Part shown: positions 1-9,406 of the stretch, in pieces
Position numbering within the stretch: the first letter of the stretch is position 1
Layout: each line of letters begins with the position of its first letter
Source: Bacillus halotolerans
GTDB taxonomy: Bacteria > Bacillota > Bacilli > Bacillales > Bacillaceae
Assembly: GCF_001517105.1 (NCBI RefSeq)
Contig: NZ_LPVF01000009.1
Location: 31,742-55,741 of the forward strand
Length of the DNA: 24,000 bases
Reading direction: 5' to 3'
Notes under the pieces: model-generated
Seen by the model: only the letters and a program-made list of their open reading frames with translations
The model's database searches: none
What the model was told of the DNA's origin: nothing
Program-made: the position numbers and the translations under genes

Positions 1-1074
1 AGCGGCGTTACGATTGACAACCGGATCGCGGTTGCTCCAATGACCCATTATTCTTCCAATGAAGACGGTACGATTTCTGAAGCGGAGCTGGACTATATCA
101 TCCCCCGTTCAAAAGAAATGGGAATGGTGATTACAGCATGCGCAAACGTCACGCCTGATGGAAAAGCGTTTTCCGGACAGCCAGCCATCCATGACGACTC
201 ACATATTGCCGGGCTAAAAAGATTAGCCCAAGCCATTCAAGCACAAGGGTCAAAAGCGATTGTGCAAATTCATCACGGCGGAATTGAATGCCCTGCTGAG
301 CTCGTTCCGAATCAGGATGTTGTAGCGCCAAGTGACGTGTCTGATAACGGCAAACAAATGGCCCGCGCCTTAACAGAAGCAGAGGTTGAAAATATTGTGA
401 AGGCTTTTGGAGAAGCGACAAGACGCGCCATTGAAGCCGGATTTGACGGTGTCGAAATTCACGGTGCAAACGGCTACTTGATTCAGCAGTTTTATTCTCC
501 AAAAACAAATCAGCGCACAGACCGCTGGGGAGGAAGCGATGAGAAACGATTAGCCTTCCCGCTTGCTATTGTGGATGAGGTGAAAGAAGCAATTGCCGAT
601 CACGCGAAGGGTGCATTTTTAGTCGGCTACCGCCCGTCTCCGGAAGAGCCAGATACACCGGGACTGACAATGACAGAAACCTTCACGCTTGTTGATGCCT
701 TAGTGGAAAAAGAACTGGATTACCTCCATATTTCATTGATGGACGTCAACTCCAAAGCGCGCCGCGGGGCAGACCCGACACGTACGCGCATGGACTTATT
801 GAATGAACGTGTCGGACACAAGGTGCCTCTGATTGCTGTTGGTTCCATCCATTCTGCTGATGACGCGCTTGCTGTGATTGAAAACGGTATTCCGCTGGTG
901 GCGATGGGGCGTGAAATTTTAGTTGATCCTGATTGGGCTGTAAAAGTAAAAGAAGGACGCGAAAAACAAATTGAAACAGTGATAAAAGGGACAGACAAAG
1001 AAAAATATCACTTGTCTGAGCCGCTATGGCAAGCGATTGTGAACACACCCGGATGGGTTCCTTATAAAGATTAA
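1..1074 (+). CDS. yqiG: NADH-dependent flavin oxidoreductase, Old Yellow Enzyme family; 5' end cut by the window edge
   Basis: Frame 1 is open from base 1 (SGVTIDNRIAVAPMTHY...), so the ATG at 40 is internal. OYE-type motifs are present (NRIAVAPMT, HGANGYLIQQF, RTDRWGGS). Stop is at 1072-1074, followed by a terminator. Position next to spo0A matches B. subtilis. Confidence 0.9.
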   Translation, partial: SGVTIDNRIAVAPMTHYSSNEDGTISEAELDYIIPRSKEMGMVITACANVTPDGKAFSGQPAIHDDSHIAGLKRLAQAIQAQGSKAIVQIHHGGIECPAELVPNQDVVAPSDVSDNGKQMARALTEAEVENIVKAFGEATRRAIEAGFDGVEIHGANGYLIQQFYSPKTNQRTDRWGGSDEKRLAFPLAIVDEVKEAIADHAKGAFLVGYRPSPEEPDTPGLTMTETFTLVDALVEKELDYLHISLMDVNSKARRGADPTRTRMDLLNERVGHKVPLIAVGSIHSADDALAVIENGIPLVAMGREILVDPDWAVKVKEGREKQIETVIKGTDKEKYHLSEPLWQAIVNTPGWVPYKD

Positions 1075-1082
1075 TTTGACGT

Positions 1083-1112
1083 GACTGCCGGAATGTTTCG
1101 GCAGTCTTTTTT
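1083..1112 (+). terminator. Intrinsic terminator of yqiG
   Basis: 8-bp stem gactgccg / cggcagtc (1083-1090 / 1099-1106) followed by T6 (1107-1112), 9 nt after the stop codon. Confidence 0.85.
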
Positions 1113-1114
1113 AT

Positions 1115-1139
1115 AAAAAAAGACCCTTAAGAAAGGGTC
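1115..1139 (-). terminator. Intrinsic terminator of the small-ORF transcription unit, convergent with the yqiG terminator
   Basis: Stem gaccctt / aagggtc (1122-1128 / 1133-1139) with a 4-nt loop. On the - strand it is followed by U7 (A-run 1115-1121). It lies 7 nt after the stop of the 39-aa ORF. Confidence 0.8.
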
Positions 1140-1146
1140 CTTTTCG

Positions 1147-1266
1147 TCAATCGAATAGTTTGTGCACATATTTAAATGGCAAAATGAGAAGCTGACCAAT
1201 TCCTTCGGTTAGAAAATCGAACAGCAGTCCGTCACGTTTTCTGTTTTTCTTTTTTCTCTTTTTCAT
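1147..1266 (-). CDS. Hypothetical small protein, 39 aa (MKKRKKKNRKRDGLLFDFLTEGIGQLLILPFKYVHKLFD); polybasic N-terminus, hydrophobic/amphipathic C-terminus
   Basis: Hand-translated; it is below the 60-aa cutoff of the ORF track. ATG at 1266-1264 is preceded by AAAGGAGA with 7-nt spacing. TGA at 1149-1147 is followed by a strong intrinsic terminator. I do not recognise a homolog. Confidence 0.55.
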   Translation of the reverse strand: MKKRKKKNRKRDGLLFDFLTEGIGQLLILPFKYVHKLFD

Positions 1267-1327
1267 TTTATGTCTCCTTTATACCTCATATTGCTCTTTT
1301 TACTACGAACATACAGCGTAAAGGGTG

Positions 1328-1507
1328 TCAATCCGTTTTTGACTTTCTGTTTCTCATGGTCCAGCCAACGAATATACATACGACCATTGCAGCAAATGAA
1401 ATGAAGTCAATCAGCATGCCTATTTTGTGTGACTCCACGATGATGTTTGAATTGACACAAAGGGAAAGGATAAATATAGCCATCAGCAGCCCGTACTTTT
1501 CACACAT
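1328..1507 (-). CDS. Hypothetical small membrane protein, 59 aa (MCEKYGLLMAIFILSLCVNSNIIVESHKIGMLIDFISFAAMVVCIFVGWTMRNRKSKTD); two predicted TM helices and a basic C-terminal tail
   Basis: Hand-translated; one residue below the ORF-track cutoff. ATG at 1507-1505 is preceded by GGAGTGATC (SD-like, about 9-nt spacing). It has two hydrophobic stretches and an extended -10 promoter about 50 nt upstream. The competing + strand ORF 1356-1619 has no RBS. Confidence 0.6.
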   Translation of the reverse strand: MCEKYGLLMAIFILSLCVNSNIIVESHKIGMLIDFISFAAMVVCIFVGWTMRNRKSKTD

Positions 1508-1557
1508 TTTCGATCACTCCAATCGTAAAAACAAATATTCACCCATCTGCCGCATTC

Positions 1558-1566
1558 ATTATAACA
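1558..1566 (-). promoter_or_regulatory. Candidate sigma-A extended -10 promoter (TGtTATAAT) for the small-ORF unit
   Basis: - strand reads TGTTATAAT (perfect TATAAT with a TGn extension), directly downstream of the spo0A terminator and 51 nt upstream of the 59-aa ORF start. The -35 is weak. Confidence 0.5.
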
Positions 1567-1575
1567 GATTTATCC

Positions 1576-1628
1576 AAAAACAAAACGCCTCCTATTTATC
1601 AGCGGAAACCAATAAATAAAAGACGTTT
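1576..1628 (-). terminator. Intrinsic terminator of spo0A
   Basis: In - strand RNA, aaacgucuuuuauuuau (1628-1612) pairs with auaaauaggaggcguuu (1599-1583), giving 17 bp including 3 G-U pairs. A U-rich tract (uuguuuuugg) follows. It starts 27 nt after the spo0A stop. Confidence 0.75.
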
Positions 1629-1654
1629 GATTTAAGTGCTTGTGCTGATCATGC

Positions 1655-2458
1655 TTAAGAAGCCTTATGCTCTAATCTCAGCTTGTCTGCAACCATCGCA
1701 ATGAACTCTGAATTTGTAGGTTTTGCCTTCGTCATGCTGACCGTATAGCCGAACAATGAGGAAATGGAATCAATATTCCCTCTGCTCCATGCCACTTCAA
1801 TCGCGTGGCGGATCGCTCTTTCTACACGGCTAGCGGTTGTGTTGAATTTTTTGGCGATGTCCGGATAGAGGACTTTTGTAATACTGCCGAGCAGCTCGAT
1901 ATCGTTGTACACCATTGAGATCGCTTCACGCAGATAGAGATAGCCTTTAATATGTGCAGGGACGCCGATTTCATGGATAATGCTTGTGATGCTCGCGTCG
2001 AGATTTTTCCTTTTTGGTTCGGGCTGGCTGCTGCGTATAATGCTGCTTTGTGATGACGGTGCGCGATGCGTCACACTGCTGGCATTTCCGCTGACCTGGC
2101 GAATATGGCCGACAAGGTTTTCCATATCAAACGGTTTGAGAATAAAGTAGGACGCTCCTAAATCGACGGCCTTTTTCGTGACATCTTCCTGCCCGAAGGC
2201 TGTCAGCATGATGACGTTTGGCTGTTTTTTCAGATCGGATTCTCTCAGTCGCTCTAAAACAGCAAGTCCGTCCAAATGAGGCATAATAATATCCAAGACG
2301 AGCACATCAGGATCTTTTTCTTTAAATAGCGACAGGCATTCCTGTCCGTTATACGCAACTCCGATGACTTCCATGTCTTCCTGTCCTTCTATATATTCAC
2401 TCAACAGGCTTACCAGCTCTCGATTATCGTCAGCAACACAAACTTTAATTTTCTCCAC
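1655..2458 (-). CDS. spo0A: Spo0A, master sporulation response regulator (267 aa)
   Basis: The sequence is recognisable throughout ([16 protein letters not shown]... receiver domain; C-terminal 0A-box DNA-binding domain ...[17 protein letters not shown]). I take the start as GTG at 2458-2456, preceded by GGGGGAGGAAG. The 305-aa ORF-track version over-extends upstream through the promoter. Confidence 0.97.
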   Translation of the reverse strand: MEKIKVCVADDNRELVSLLSEYIEGQEDMEVIGVAYNGQECLSLFKEKDPDVLVLDIIMPHLDGLAVLERLRESDLKKQPNVIMLTAFGQEDVTKKAVDLGASYFILKPFDMENLVGHIRQVSGNASSVTHRAPSSQSSIIRSSQPEPKRKNLDASITSIIHEIGVPAHIKGYLYLREAISMVYNDIELLGSITKVLYPDIAKKFNTTASRVERAIRHAIEVAWSRGNIDSISSLFGYTVSMTKAKPTNSEFIAMVADKLRLEHKAS

Positions 2459-2509
2459 GTTTCTTCCTCCCCCAATGTAGTTAACAGGATTCCACCTTGC
2501 TACATGTTT

Positions 2510-2539
2510 ATATTCGACAAAAACCGCTATATACCCTCT
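2510..2539 (-). promoter_or_regulatory. spo0A Ps promoter (sigma-H type) with an overlapping 0A box
   Basis: - strand reads AGAGGGTAT, a 12-nt spacer, then GTCGAATAT. This fits the sigma-H consensus RnAGGAwww-(11-12)-RnnGAATww. The -10 contains TGTCGAA (2519-2513), the Spo0A-box consensus. It lies about 50 nt upstream of the GTG start. Confidence 0.7.
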
Positions 2540-2602
2540 AAAAAAAATCATAACTAACAATAATAGTGGCATATCTTCGTTATTCTATGTTTTTCTCTGT
2601 TT

Positions 2603-2651
2603 TTCGACTAAAAATGAAATTTGACAAATAAGGAAACGTGAATTTGTCGAA
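2603..2651. promoter_or_regulatory. Additional Spo0A-box-like heptamers in the spo0A upstream region (vegetative promoter / autoregulation region)
   Basis: AGTCGAA on the - strand (2609-2603) and TGTCGAA on the + strand (2645-2651). The spo0A promoter region is known to carry several 0A boxes. I could not place the sigma-A Pv hexamers confidently. Confidence 0.5.
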
Positions 2652-2709
2652 AAATCTTCTTTTGTTCATTTTAACGTATGTATGATGAGAAGTGAAGAGG
2701 GGGAAAAGC

Positions 2710-2733
2710 AAAAAACTGCCGGAGATCCGGCAG
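2710..2733 (-). terminator. Intrinsic terminator of spoIVB
   Basis: Perfect 7-bp stem ctgccgg / ccggcag (2716-2733) with a 4-nt loop, followed on the - strand by U6 (A-run 2710-2715). It abuts the spoIVB stop codon (2734-2736). Confidence 0.85.
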
Positions 2734-4011
2734 TCAGCTTGCTTTTTCTTTTCCGTAAATATCGATTCCTGCTTCAGACAGCATCCATTCAATATGCACA
2801 CCGTAACCGCTTGTCGGGTCGTTGACAAACACATGGGTGACAGCGCCGACAACCTTTCCATTTTGAATGATTGGGCTCCCGCTCATGCCTTGTACAATGC
2901 CGCCTGTTTCCTTCAGCAGTCTCGGATCGGTAATTTTCAAGACCATTCCTTTTGTAGCCGGAAATTTTTGCGGTGTCGTGCTGACGATTTCGATATCAAA
3001 TTTTTCTACCTTATCATCATCAATGACCGTTAAGATTTCCGCAGGCCCTTTTTTCACTTCATTTGAAAAGGCAACCGGCAGCGCCTTATCTGAGATTTTG
3101 TTTTTAATCGGCTGATGTAACGTGCCGAAGATTCCAAATGGGCTGTTTCTGTTAATGTCCCCGATCGTTTTGCGTTCAGAGGAAAATCGCGCCAGTTTTT
3201 CTCCAGGATTTCCGCCTGTCCCTTTTTCAATTGATGTCACAGTCGATTTGACAATTTCTCCATCTTCCACGACGATTGGTTTTTTCGTATCCATATCGGA
3301 GATCACGTGGCCAAGCGCTCCGTATTTTTTTGTTTTCGGCTCATAAAAGGTCATCGTGCCGATGCCTGCGGCAGAATCCCTGATATATAGACCGATTCGG
3401 TATTTGCCTTCAGCTTCATCCTTTTGAGGAATCAGCTTTGTTTTGATCTTCTGTTTATCACGTTTGATCAGCAAATCAAGTGACTCTCCGGTGTTTCCCG
3501 CTTTTTGAATAAACGGGGCAACATCATTCATTTTTTCAATTTTCTGTCCATTCATCTCAATAATAATGTCGCCTGCTGTAATACCAGCCGATTCACCAGG
3601 GGATTTTTTCCCTTCGCTTGTGTTAATTTGATGAAATCCGACGACAAGCACTCCCACGGAATGAAGTTTGACACCGATGGATTGCCCGCCCGGTATGACT
3701 TTTAAATCCGGAAGAACTTGCACTTTTGTTTTTTTGATTGGAAATCCGGCAAGATCATATACTAATTCTGACTGGCCTGATTTTTTGCCTGTGACTTTGA
3801 TTTCATGCGGGTCTTTCTCAACTGTAAACGCTTCTGATGATTTTTCCTGGGCGTTTACCGATAAACTCGTTTCTATGGCTTGTGTTTGGGTTTCAAATAC
3901 TCTCATTTGCGTTGGAATCAGTAAATACTCTTTTAATGGTTTGCATAAACCTACACTTAATAACGAAACAAGGAGAATTAAACCTATTGCTTTTCTGATG
4001 TTATCCGGCAT
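2734..4011 (-). CDS. spoIVB: SpoIVB, forespore signalling serine peptidase (PDZ + S55 peptidase domains), 425 aa
   Basis: Full-length ORF with a signal-anchor N-terminus ([20 protein letters not shown]), a PDZ region ([12 protein letters not shown]) and a C-terminal peptidase with GMSGSPI. RBS is GAGGAGAG. Synteny between spo0A and recN. Confidence 0.95.
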   Translation of the reverse strand: MPDNIRKAIGLILLVSLLSVGLCKPLKEYLLIPTQMRVFETQTQAIETSLSVNAQEKSSEAFTVEKDPHEIKVTGKKSGQSELVYDLAGFPIKKTKVQVLPDLKVIPGGQSIGVKLHSVGVLVVGFHQINTSEGKKSPGESAGITAGDIIIEMNGQKIEKMNDVAPFIQKAGNTGESLDLLIKRDKQKIKTKLIPQKDEAEGKYRIGLYIRDSAAGIGTMTFYEPKTKKYGALGHVISDMDTKKPIVVEDGEIVKSTVTSIEKGTGGNPGEKLARFSSERKTIGDINRNSPFGIFGTLHQPIKNKISDKALPVAFSNEVKKGPAEILTVIDDDKVEKFDIEIVSTTPQKFPATKGMVLKITDPRLLKETGGIVQGMSGSPIIQNGKVVGAVTHVFVNDPTSGYGVHIEWMLSEAGIDIYGKEKAS

Positions 4012-4127
4012 TCACTACTTCACTCTCCTCGCTCCTACCCCACACCTTCTTTATGAATTGCTGCTACATCATTACTTTTGCCTTCTCAGCCCTTATTTAT
4101 AACTGTCTTATAAAGAAAAACATTGGA

Positions 4128-4156
4128 TATACTGATGAACGAATGGATGTGTATAC
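4128..4156 (-). promoter_or_regulatory. Candidate forespore (sigma-F/sigma-G type) promoter for spoIVB
   Basis: - strand reads GTATA, 17 nt, then CAGTATA. This resembles GHATR-17/18-CATxHTA with one mismatch. It sits directly after the recN terminator, about 117 nt upstream of the ATG. Motif match only. Confidence 0.3.
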
Positions 4157-4187
4157 AAAAAAATAAGCTGCGCATATCGCGCAGCTT
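4156..4187 (-). terminator. Intrinsic terminator of ahrC-recN
   Basis: Stem aagctgcgc / gcgcagctt (4165-4173 / 4179-4187), followed on the - strand by aUUUUUUU (4156-4164). The recN TAA stop (4186-4188) lies in the 5' arm. Confidence 0.85.
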
Positions 4188-5916
4188 ACCCAGTTGTTTT
4201 GACTTGATCCGCTTGTTTTAACAGCTCTTTCGCATGGCGTTTCGTCAAGTCTGTAACTTCGACTCCTGCTATCATGCGTCCGATTTCCGTCACCTTCTCT
4301 TGTTTAGTCAGCGGCTTTACACGCGTCGTCGTTCTTCCGTCTTTTAATTCTTTCGCAATGTAAAGATGGGTATCGGCCATGGCTGCTACCTGAGGCAGGT
4401 GCGTAATGCATAGCACTTGTGATCCCATCGATACTTTGTGAATCTTTTCAGCAATAGCCTGAGCGACCCTGCCGCTTACGCCTGTATCTACCTCGTCAAA
4501 TATAATCGAGGTTACGTCCTGCTGTGAGGAAAAAATGCTTTTAATGGCAAGCATGACCCTCGACAGCTCTCCGCCGGAAGCGACTTTAGAAAGAGATTTC
4601 AGCGGCTCGCCCGTATTGGTGGAAATTAAAAACTTCACCAGATCAATCCCTTGTTCAGTGAGCTGAACAGGCTGTCCGTTTACGACCGGCGCTTCCTCAC
4701 TGCGGGTCGCCGTTCTGACCTTAAACTCCGTATCGAAAGTCGACTTTTCCATATATAAGCTTTTCAGTTCACGATGGATTTCCTCAGCCAGCTTTTTCGC
4801 CCACGTTTTTCGGATTCGGGAAACGTTTGCCGCTTCCACTGCAACATCTTTACCAACCGAATCCAACTCCTGCTTCAGGCTTTGCAGATGGCTGTCTCTG
4901 TTTTCAATTTGATCAATCTCTTCTTCAATTTTAGAAGCATATTCTAAAATATCCTCAACGGTTGCCCCGTATTTCCGCTTCAGCTGCTTGATCTCATTAA
5001 GACGCGTCTCAATAAAATTCAAGCGCTCCGGGTCATATTCAAGCTCATCCAGCATATTTCTCATCTGAAATGTAGCGTCCTCTAAAAGGTAGTAGGAGTT
5101 CGAAACACTCTCAGAAAGTTTTTGCAGCGGTTCGTTAATATCGGATAAATCTTCAAGCTGAGACGACGCCATTCCGACCCAGTCCAGACCGCCCTGCTCG
5201 CTGCGCAGCGCGTTATAAGCATTTTGCAGTGATTCAAATATTTTCTCAAAATTTGAAATTTGCTGGCGCTCTTCTTGCAGCTGCTCATCTTCGTTCAGTT
5301 CAAGCTTTGCTGATTCGATTTCTTCCAGCTGAAATTGAATCAGATCAAGCCGGTGTGCCATTTCCTGCTCACTTTCAGAAAGCTGCTTCAGCTTTTTAAG
5401 CAGCTTCATATATCGCTGATAGCCTTCCTGATACGCTTGAAGTGCGCTTTCCACTTCGGCTCCCGCAAACTTGTCCAAAAGCTGAAGATGGTTTTCGTCC
5501 TCCATTAACAGCTGGTTATCGTGCTGCCCGTGAATATCTAATAAAAGCCTGCCGATTTCTCTAAGCGACGCAATCGTTACAAGTTTGCCATTAACCCGGC
5601 ATACGCTTTTTCCGTTCGTGCTGATATCCCTTCTCATGACGATCATTTCATCTGAAACGTCAATCCCCTGTTCAGCACAAACGTCAAAAACGGGATGGCC
5701 GCTATCTAACAGAAACAGCCCTTCAAGCTCGGCTTTTGTTTCTCCATATCTGACAAATTCAGATGAACCGCGGCCACCGACCAAAAGTGAAATGGCATCT
5801 ATGATGATGGATTTGCCGGCTCCGGTTTCTCCTGTTAAAACCGTAAGCCCGCGTTCAAAAGAAACCGTCAGTTCCTCAATAATGGCAAAATTTTTAATCG
5901 ATAATTCAGCTAACAA
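4186..5916 (-). CDS. recN: DNA repair protein RecN (SMC-like ATPase), 576 aa
   Basis: Walker A GETGAGKS, a long coiled-coil middle region, and C-terminal signature ASGGELSR plus Walker B IIFDEVD. TTG start at 5916-5914 is preceded by AGAGGTG (9-nt spacing). Confidence 0.96.
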   Translation of the reverse strand: MLAELSIKNFAIIEELTVSFERGLTVLTGETGAGKSIIIDAISLLVGGRGSSEFVRYGETKAELEGLFLLDSGHPVFDVCAEQGIDVSDEMIVMRRDISTNGKSVCRVNGKLVTIASLREIGRLLLDIHGQHDNQLLMEDENHLQLLDKFAGAEVESALQAYQEGYQRYMKLLKKLKQLSESEQEMAHRLDLIQFQLEEIESAKLELNEDEQLQEERQQISNFEKIFESLQNAYNALRSEQGGLDWVGMASSQLEDLSDINEPLQKLSESVSNSYYLLEDATFQMRNMLDELEYDPERLNFIETRLNEIKQLKRKYGATVEDILEYASKIEEEIDQIENRDSHLQSLKQELDSVGKDVAVEAANVSRIRKTWAKKLAEEIHRELKSLYMEKSTFDTEFKVRTATRSEEAPVVNGQPVQLTEQGIDLVKFLISTNTGEPLKSLSKVASGGELSRVMLAIKSIFSSQQDVTSIIFDEVDTGVSGRVAQAIAEKIHKVSMGSQVLCITHLPQVAAMADTHLYIAKELKDGRTTTRVKPLTKQEKVTEIGRMIAGVEVTDLTKRHAKELLKQADQVKTTG

Positions 5917-5951
5917 ACAGCATTACACCTCTTATCTTTGTTAGATTTCCT

Positions 5952-6401
5952 TTACAGCAGCTCTAGGAGCCGGCTTTTTACGCCGTCGGTATCTTCAGGA
6001 GTCCGGCAAATAATTAAAATGGTGTCATCTCCGCAAATGGTCCCCATAATTTCGTCCCAGTCCAGATTGTCCATAAGCGCTCCGATTGCCTGGGCATTGC
6101 CCGGCATGGTTTTCAGCACAATCATATGGCTTGCTGAGTCTATTTTCACAAAAGCATCCATCAGTGACCGTTTCAGCTTAGACAGCGGGTTGAAACGCTG
6201 GTCCGCCGGTAGGCTGTATTTATATGAGCCGTTATTTGTCGGCACCTTCACAAGGTGAAGCTCTTTAATATCACGTGAAACCGTGGCTTGTGTCACCTTG
6301 TATCCATCCTGCTTCAGCATGTCGACCAATTCATCTTGGGTTTCGATTTCATTGCTTGTAATGATTTCTCTGATTTTGATATGCCTCTGGCCTTTGTTCA
6401 T
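5952..6401 (-). CDS. ahrC: Arginine repressor/activator AhrC (ArgR family), 149 aa
   Basis: Recognisable sequence ([26 protein letters not shown]... winged-helix N-terminus; C-terminal oligomerisation domain with GTICGDDT). RBS is AGAGGTG. Synteny. Confidence 0.96.
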   Translation of the reverse strand: MNKGQRHIKIREIITSNEIETQDELVDMLKQDGYKVTQATVSRDIKELHLVKVPTNNGSYKYSLPADQRFNPLSKLKRSLMDAFVKIDSASHMIVLKTMPGNAQAIGALMDNLDWDEIMGTICGDDTILIICRTPEDTDGVKSRLLELL

Positions 6402-6472
6402 GTAAGCACCTCTATTTCCAGCTTATCTGTTCTTATATGGTATATGATTCTCCGCAAAAAGTACATGAATGC

Positions 6473-6504
6473 AGAAAAAAGGAATAATAGCGCCCTATTA
6501 TTCC
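6473..6504 (-). terminator. Intrinsic terminator after dxs-yqxC
   Basis: 9-bp stem ggaataata / tattattcc (6481-6504), followed on the - strand by U-run uuuuuucu (6473-6480). The yqxC TAA stop (6498-6500) is inside the 5' arm. Confidence 0.85.
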
Positions 6505-7343
6505 GGTACATCTGCTTTTTTTTCTTTTAACGTCTTATGTGCTTCTTCCACTATACGGCTGATTTCCTCCTCAGGCAAACCTGCACCTTCTTGACCTTCT
6601 CCCAGCCAGTGCAAATGAAGGAGAAATTCAATATTTCCGTCTCCTCCCGTAATTGGAGAAAATGACAGGCCTTTGCAGATATAGCCCTCGCCAGCCGAAA
6701 AACTGACCATACGCCGCAGGACATCTGCATGCACCTTCGGATCTCTGACAATGCCTTTTTTGCCAACAGATTCCCGGCCTGCTTCAAACTGAGGCTTGAC
6801 AAGCGCAATACAATCGCTGCCCGGTACAAGCAATGTTTTTAAAACAGGCAGGATCAGCCGAAGTGAAATAAAGGATACATCAATCGTAGCAAACTCCGGC
6901 ATGCCCTTTGTGAAGTCTGCCGGAGTCGCATAACGGAAATTCGTGCGTTCCATCACGACGACACGTTCGTCCTGTCTTAGCTTCCATGCAAGCTGATTAT
7001 AGCCTACATCCACCGCGTACGACTGTTTTGCGCCGTTTTGCAGAGCACAGTCTGTAAAGCCGCCGGTGGAGGAACCGATATCAATCATAATTTTGTCCTG
7101 AACAGAGACAGGAAATTCTTTCAGCGCTTTTTCAAGCTTTAAGCCGCCTCTGCTCACATATTTCAGCGGGTTTCCTTTGATAGTCAACGGAAGCTCGCGG
7201 TCAATTTTTTCACCAGGCTTGTCCAAGCGGTTTTCATTCGAATACACGATCCCTGCCATAATGGCCCGTTTCGCTTTTTCCCGCGTTTCCGCAAGCCCTC
7301 TTTCCACTAGTAATACATCTAATCGTTCTTTCTTAGCCGTCAT
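6498..7343 (-). CDS. yqxC: TlyA-family RNA 2'-O-ribose methyltransferase with an S4 domain, 281 aa
   Basis: S4 RNA-binding N-terminus ([26 protein letters not shown]) and a FtsJ/TlyA SAM-binding motif ([11 protein letters not shown]). The ATG overlaps the dxs stop (ATGA). Confidence 0.9.
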   Translation of the reverse strand: MTAKKERLDVLLVERGLAETREKAKRAIMAGIVYSNENRLDKPGEKIDRELPLTIKGNPLKYVSRGGLKLEKALKEFPVSVQDKIMIDIGSSTGGFTDCALQNGAKQSYAVDVGYNQLAWKLRQDERVVVMERTNFRYATPADFTKGMPEFATIDVSFISLRLILPVLKTLLVPGSDCIALVKPQFEAGRESVGKKGIVRDPKVHADVLRRMVSFSAGEGYICKGLSFSPITGGDGNIEFLLHLHWLGEGQEGAGLPEEEISRIVEEAHKTLKEKKADVPE

Positions 7344-9241
7344 GATCCAATTCCTTTATGTGTCTTCGGCGGTGCCAGCAATCGAATTCTGTCTGCCACC
7401 TGTTGTTTCGTTAAGCCTATTTCTTCAAGAAGCGCCGTTACGCTACCATGTTCTATAAATCGATCCGGTATGCCCATTCTGTCGATCGGCGTATGATACA
7501 TCCCCTGATCATGAGCGAATTCTAAAACCGCGCTTCCGAATCCGCCTTCTAAGACCGCTTCTTCAATCGTTAGAATCGGCAAGCCTTCATTTAGTATATC
7601 CTTCATCATCTTTTCATCAATCGGCTTAATGAATCGCGCGTTAACGACGCGTACGGAAAGGCCTTCTTTTTGCAGCTCTTCAGCAGCTTCAAGCGCCATT
7701 TCAATTGTTGTTCCAAATGTTAAGATGACCGCGTCGTTACCCGGACGCAGCACCTCCCACGTGCCGATTGGGATTGTTTTAAGCTGTTCATCCATTTTGA
7801 CGCCGAGGCCGTTTCCGCGCGGAAAGCGCATGGCGATCGGACCGTCGTCATAACTGAGCGCTGTATGAACCATATGCTGCCCTTCATTTTCATCCTTTGG
7901 CATCATTAAGACCACATTTGGAATGTGGCGCATAAACGCGATATCAAATACGCCTTGATGCGTCTCGCCATCTGCACCGACTAATCCGGCACGGTCAATT
8001 CCGATAAACACATTGGCGTTTTGACGGCAGATGTCATGAACAACCTGGTCATATGCACGCTGCAGGAAGGTTGAATAGATAGCCAGAAACGGCTTCATCC
8101 CTTGTAATGCCATAGCAGCTGCCATTGTAGCGGCATGCTGCTCTGCAATTCCGACATCGAACATTCGGTCAGGAAATTCCTGCGCAAAGCCTTCAAGCTT
8201 CGAACCGACAGGCATTGCCGGTGTTATCGCCACGATTCGCCCGTCCTCACGTGCCATTCGCTGTACTGTGCCGCTGACAAGGCTGCTCCATGCAGGCGCT
8301 GCGGCTTTTGGTTTTACAAAGTCACCTGTATTAATTTTATATGGTCCGGTTCCGTGCCACGTACCGGTCGTATCGGTTTCAGCAGGTTTGTACCCTTTTC
8401 CTTTTTTGGTGATCACATGCAGCAGGACAGGGCCTTTTGTTTTTTTAGCGTATTGAAGATTCTCAATCAGCTCATGATAAGAGTGTCCGTCCACAGGGCC
8501 TAAATAAGTAAATCCGAGTTCCTCGAAAAACATGCCTGAGACAAGCATATACTTCAGGCTGTCTTTGACACGTTCTGCCGTGGCGGCAAGCTTGCCCCCA
8601 ACAGCCGGAATCTTCTTGAACAGGTATTCAAGCTCATCTTTCACCCATTGATATTTCCCGGCTGTTCGCAGCCGTCCGAGCATGGAATGAATAGCACCGA
8701 CATTCGGAGCGATACTCATTTCATTATCGTTGAGGATAACAATCATGTCTTTTTTCTCGTCACCGATATGGTTCAGCGCTTCAAGCGCCATTCCGCCGGT
8801 CAGCGCACCATCACCGATAATCGGAATGATAAACTCATCCGTTCCTTTAATATCGCGAGCGGCCGCCATCCCCATCGCACCGGACAAGGAAGTTGAGCTG
8901 TGACCGGTTTCCCATACGTCATGTTCGCTTTCGCTCCGCTTCGGGAATCCGCAAAGCCCTTTATACTGACGAAGGGTCTCAAATTCTTTTCCCCGGCCCG
9001 TCAGCAGCTTATGGACATAAGACTGATGGCCTACATCCCACAAAAACTTGTCTTTCGGGCTGTTAAATTCCTTATGCAATGCAACGGTAAGCTCAACGAC
9101 ACCCAAATTAGGGCCAATGTGACCGCCAGAAGCCGATAAAGTCGTAATCAGAAACTGACGGATCTCATCACTTAATTTCTCTAATTCATCAATGGACATG
9201 TTTTTTAAAAACGACGGGTCCTGTATTGATAAAAGATCCAA
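7340..9241 (-). CDS. dxs: 1-deoxy-D-xylulose-5-phosphate synthase, 633 aa
   Basis: Full-length ORF with the TPP-binding motif ([15 protein letters not shown]) and transketolase-like pyrimidine and C-terminal domains. TTG start at 9241-9239. Confidence 0.96.
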   Translation of the reverse strand: MDLLSIQDPSFLKNMSIDELEKLSDEIRQFLITTLSASGGHIGPNLGVVELTVALHKEFNSPKDKFLWDVGHQSYVHKLLTGRGKEFETLRQYKGLCGFPKRSESEHDVWETGHSSTSLSGAMGMAAARDIKGTDEFIIPIIGDGALTGGMALEALNHIGDEKKDMIVILNDNEMSIAPNVGAIHSMLGRLRTAGKYQWVKDELEYLFKKIPAVGGKLAATAERVKDSLKYMLVSGMFFEELGFTYLGPVDGHSYHELIENLQYAKKTKGPVLLHVITKKGKGYKPAETDTTGTWHGTGPYKINTGDFVKPKAAAPAWSSLVSGTVQRMAREDGRIVAITPAMPVGSKLEGFAQEFPDRMFDVGIAEQHAATMAAAMALQGMKPFLAIYSTFLQRAYDQVVHDICRQNANVFIGIDRAGLVGADGETHQGVFDIAFMRHIPNVVLMMPKDENEGQHMVHTALSYDDGPIAMRFPRGNGLGVKMDEQLKTIPIGTWEVLRPGNDAVILTFGTTIEMALEAAEELQKEGLSVRVVNARFIKPIDEKMMKDILNEGLPILTIEEAVLEGGFGSAVLEFAHDQGMYHTPIDRMGIPDRFIEHGSVTALLEEIGLTKQQVADRIRLLAPPKTHKGIGS

Positions 9242-9376
9242 AGCGGATCAACTCACTTTCAGCATGAATTTCTGCATTGATATATGTCTTAAATGCCGAG
9301 CTGAACTCAGATCATTTCTCAGGCATAAAAAAAGACAAACGCGCTCTTCCTTTTGATTTTCATCGAAACTGCTTAC

Positions 9377-9406
9377 ATTCTACCATATGTCGTGCAGCCG
9401 CTTCAA
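9377..9406 (-). promoter_or_regulatory. Candidate sigma-A promoter for dxs-yqxC
   Basis: - strand reads TTGAAG, 18 nt, then TAGAAT, with a TGn extension (aTGgTAGAAT). It lies 12 nt after the ispA stop and about 135 nt upstream of the dxs start. Confidence 0.6.

Noticed and set aside
1356-1619. 87-aa ORF on the + strand between yqiG and spo0A
   Set aside because: No Shine-Dalgarno sequence precedes the ATG, and the ORF runs through the spo0A terminator. The opposite strand has a better-supported 59-aa membrane-protein ORF with its own RBS and promoter.
2459-2572. 5' extensions in the ORF track: spo0A 305 aa, ispA 303 aa, spoIIIAG 272 aa, yqhV 100 aa, efp 193 aa, aroQ 166 aa
   Set aside because: In each case the longest-ORF start lacks an RBS or lies in promoter, terminator or upstream-gene sequence. 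An internal ATG or GTG with a good SD gives the family-typical length (267, 296, 229, 93, 185 and 146 aa).
2692-4102. Several + strand ORFs (66-144 aa) across spoIVB
   Set aside because: All are antisense to the intact 425-aa spoIVB gene and have no start context.
4186-6504. Stop codons of recN and yqxC are embedded in their terminator stems, and the spoIVB terminator abuts its stop
   Set aside because: This is real but ordinary. It is common in compact Firmicute operons, so it is noted only in the feature evidence.
9315-9359. 14-codon mini-ORF (MKIKRKSAFVFFYA) in the dxs leader, and an 18-codon ORF inside the 13449-13488 palindrome
   Set aside because: Neither has a Shine-Dalgarno sequence, and ORFs this short are expected by chance in AT-rich spacers.
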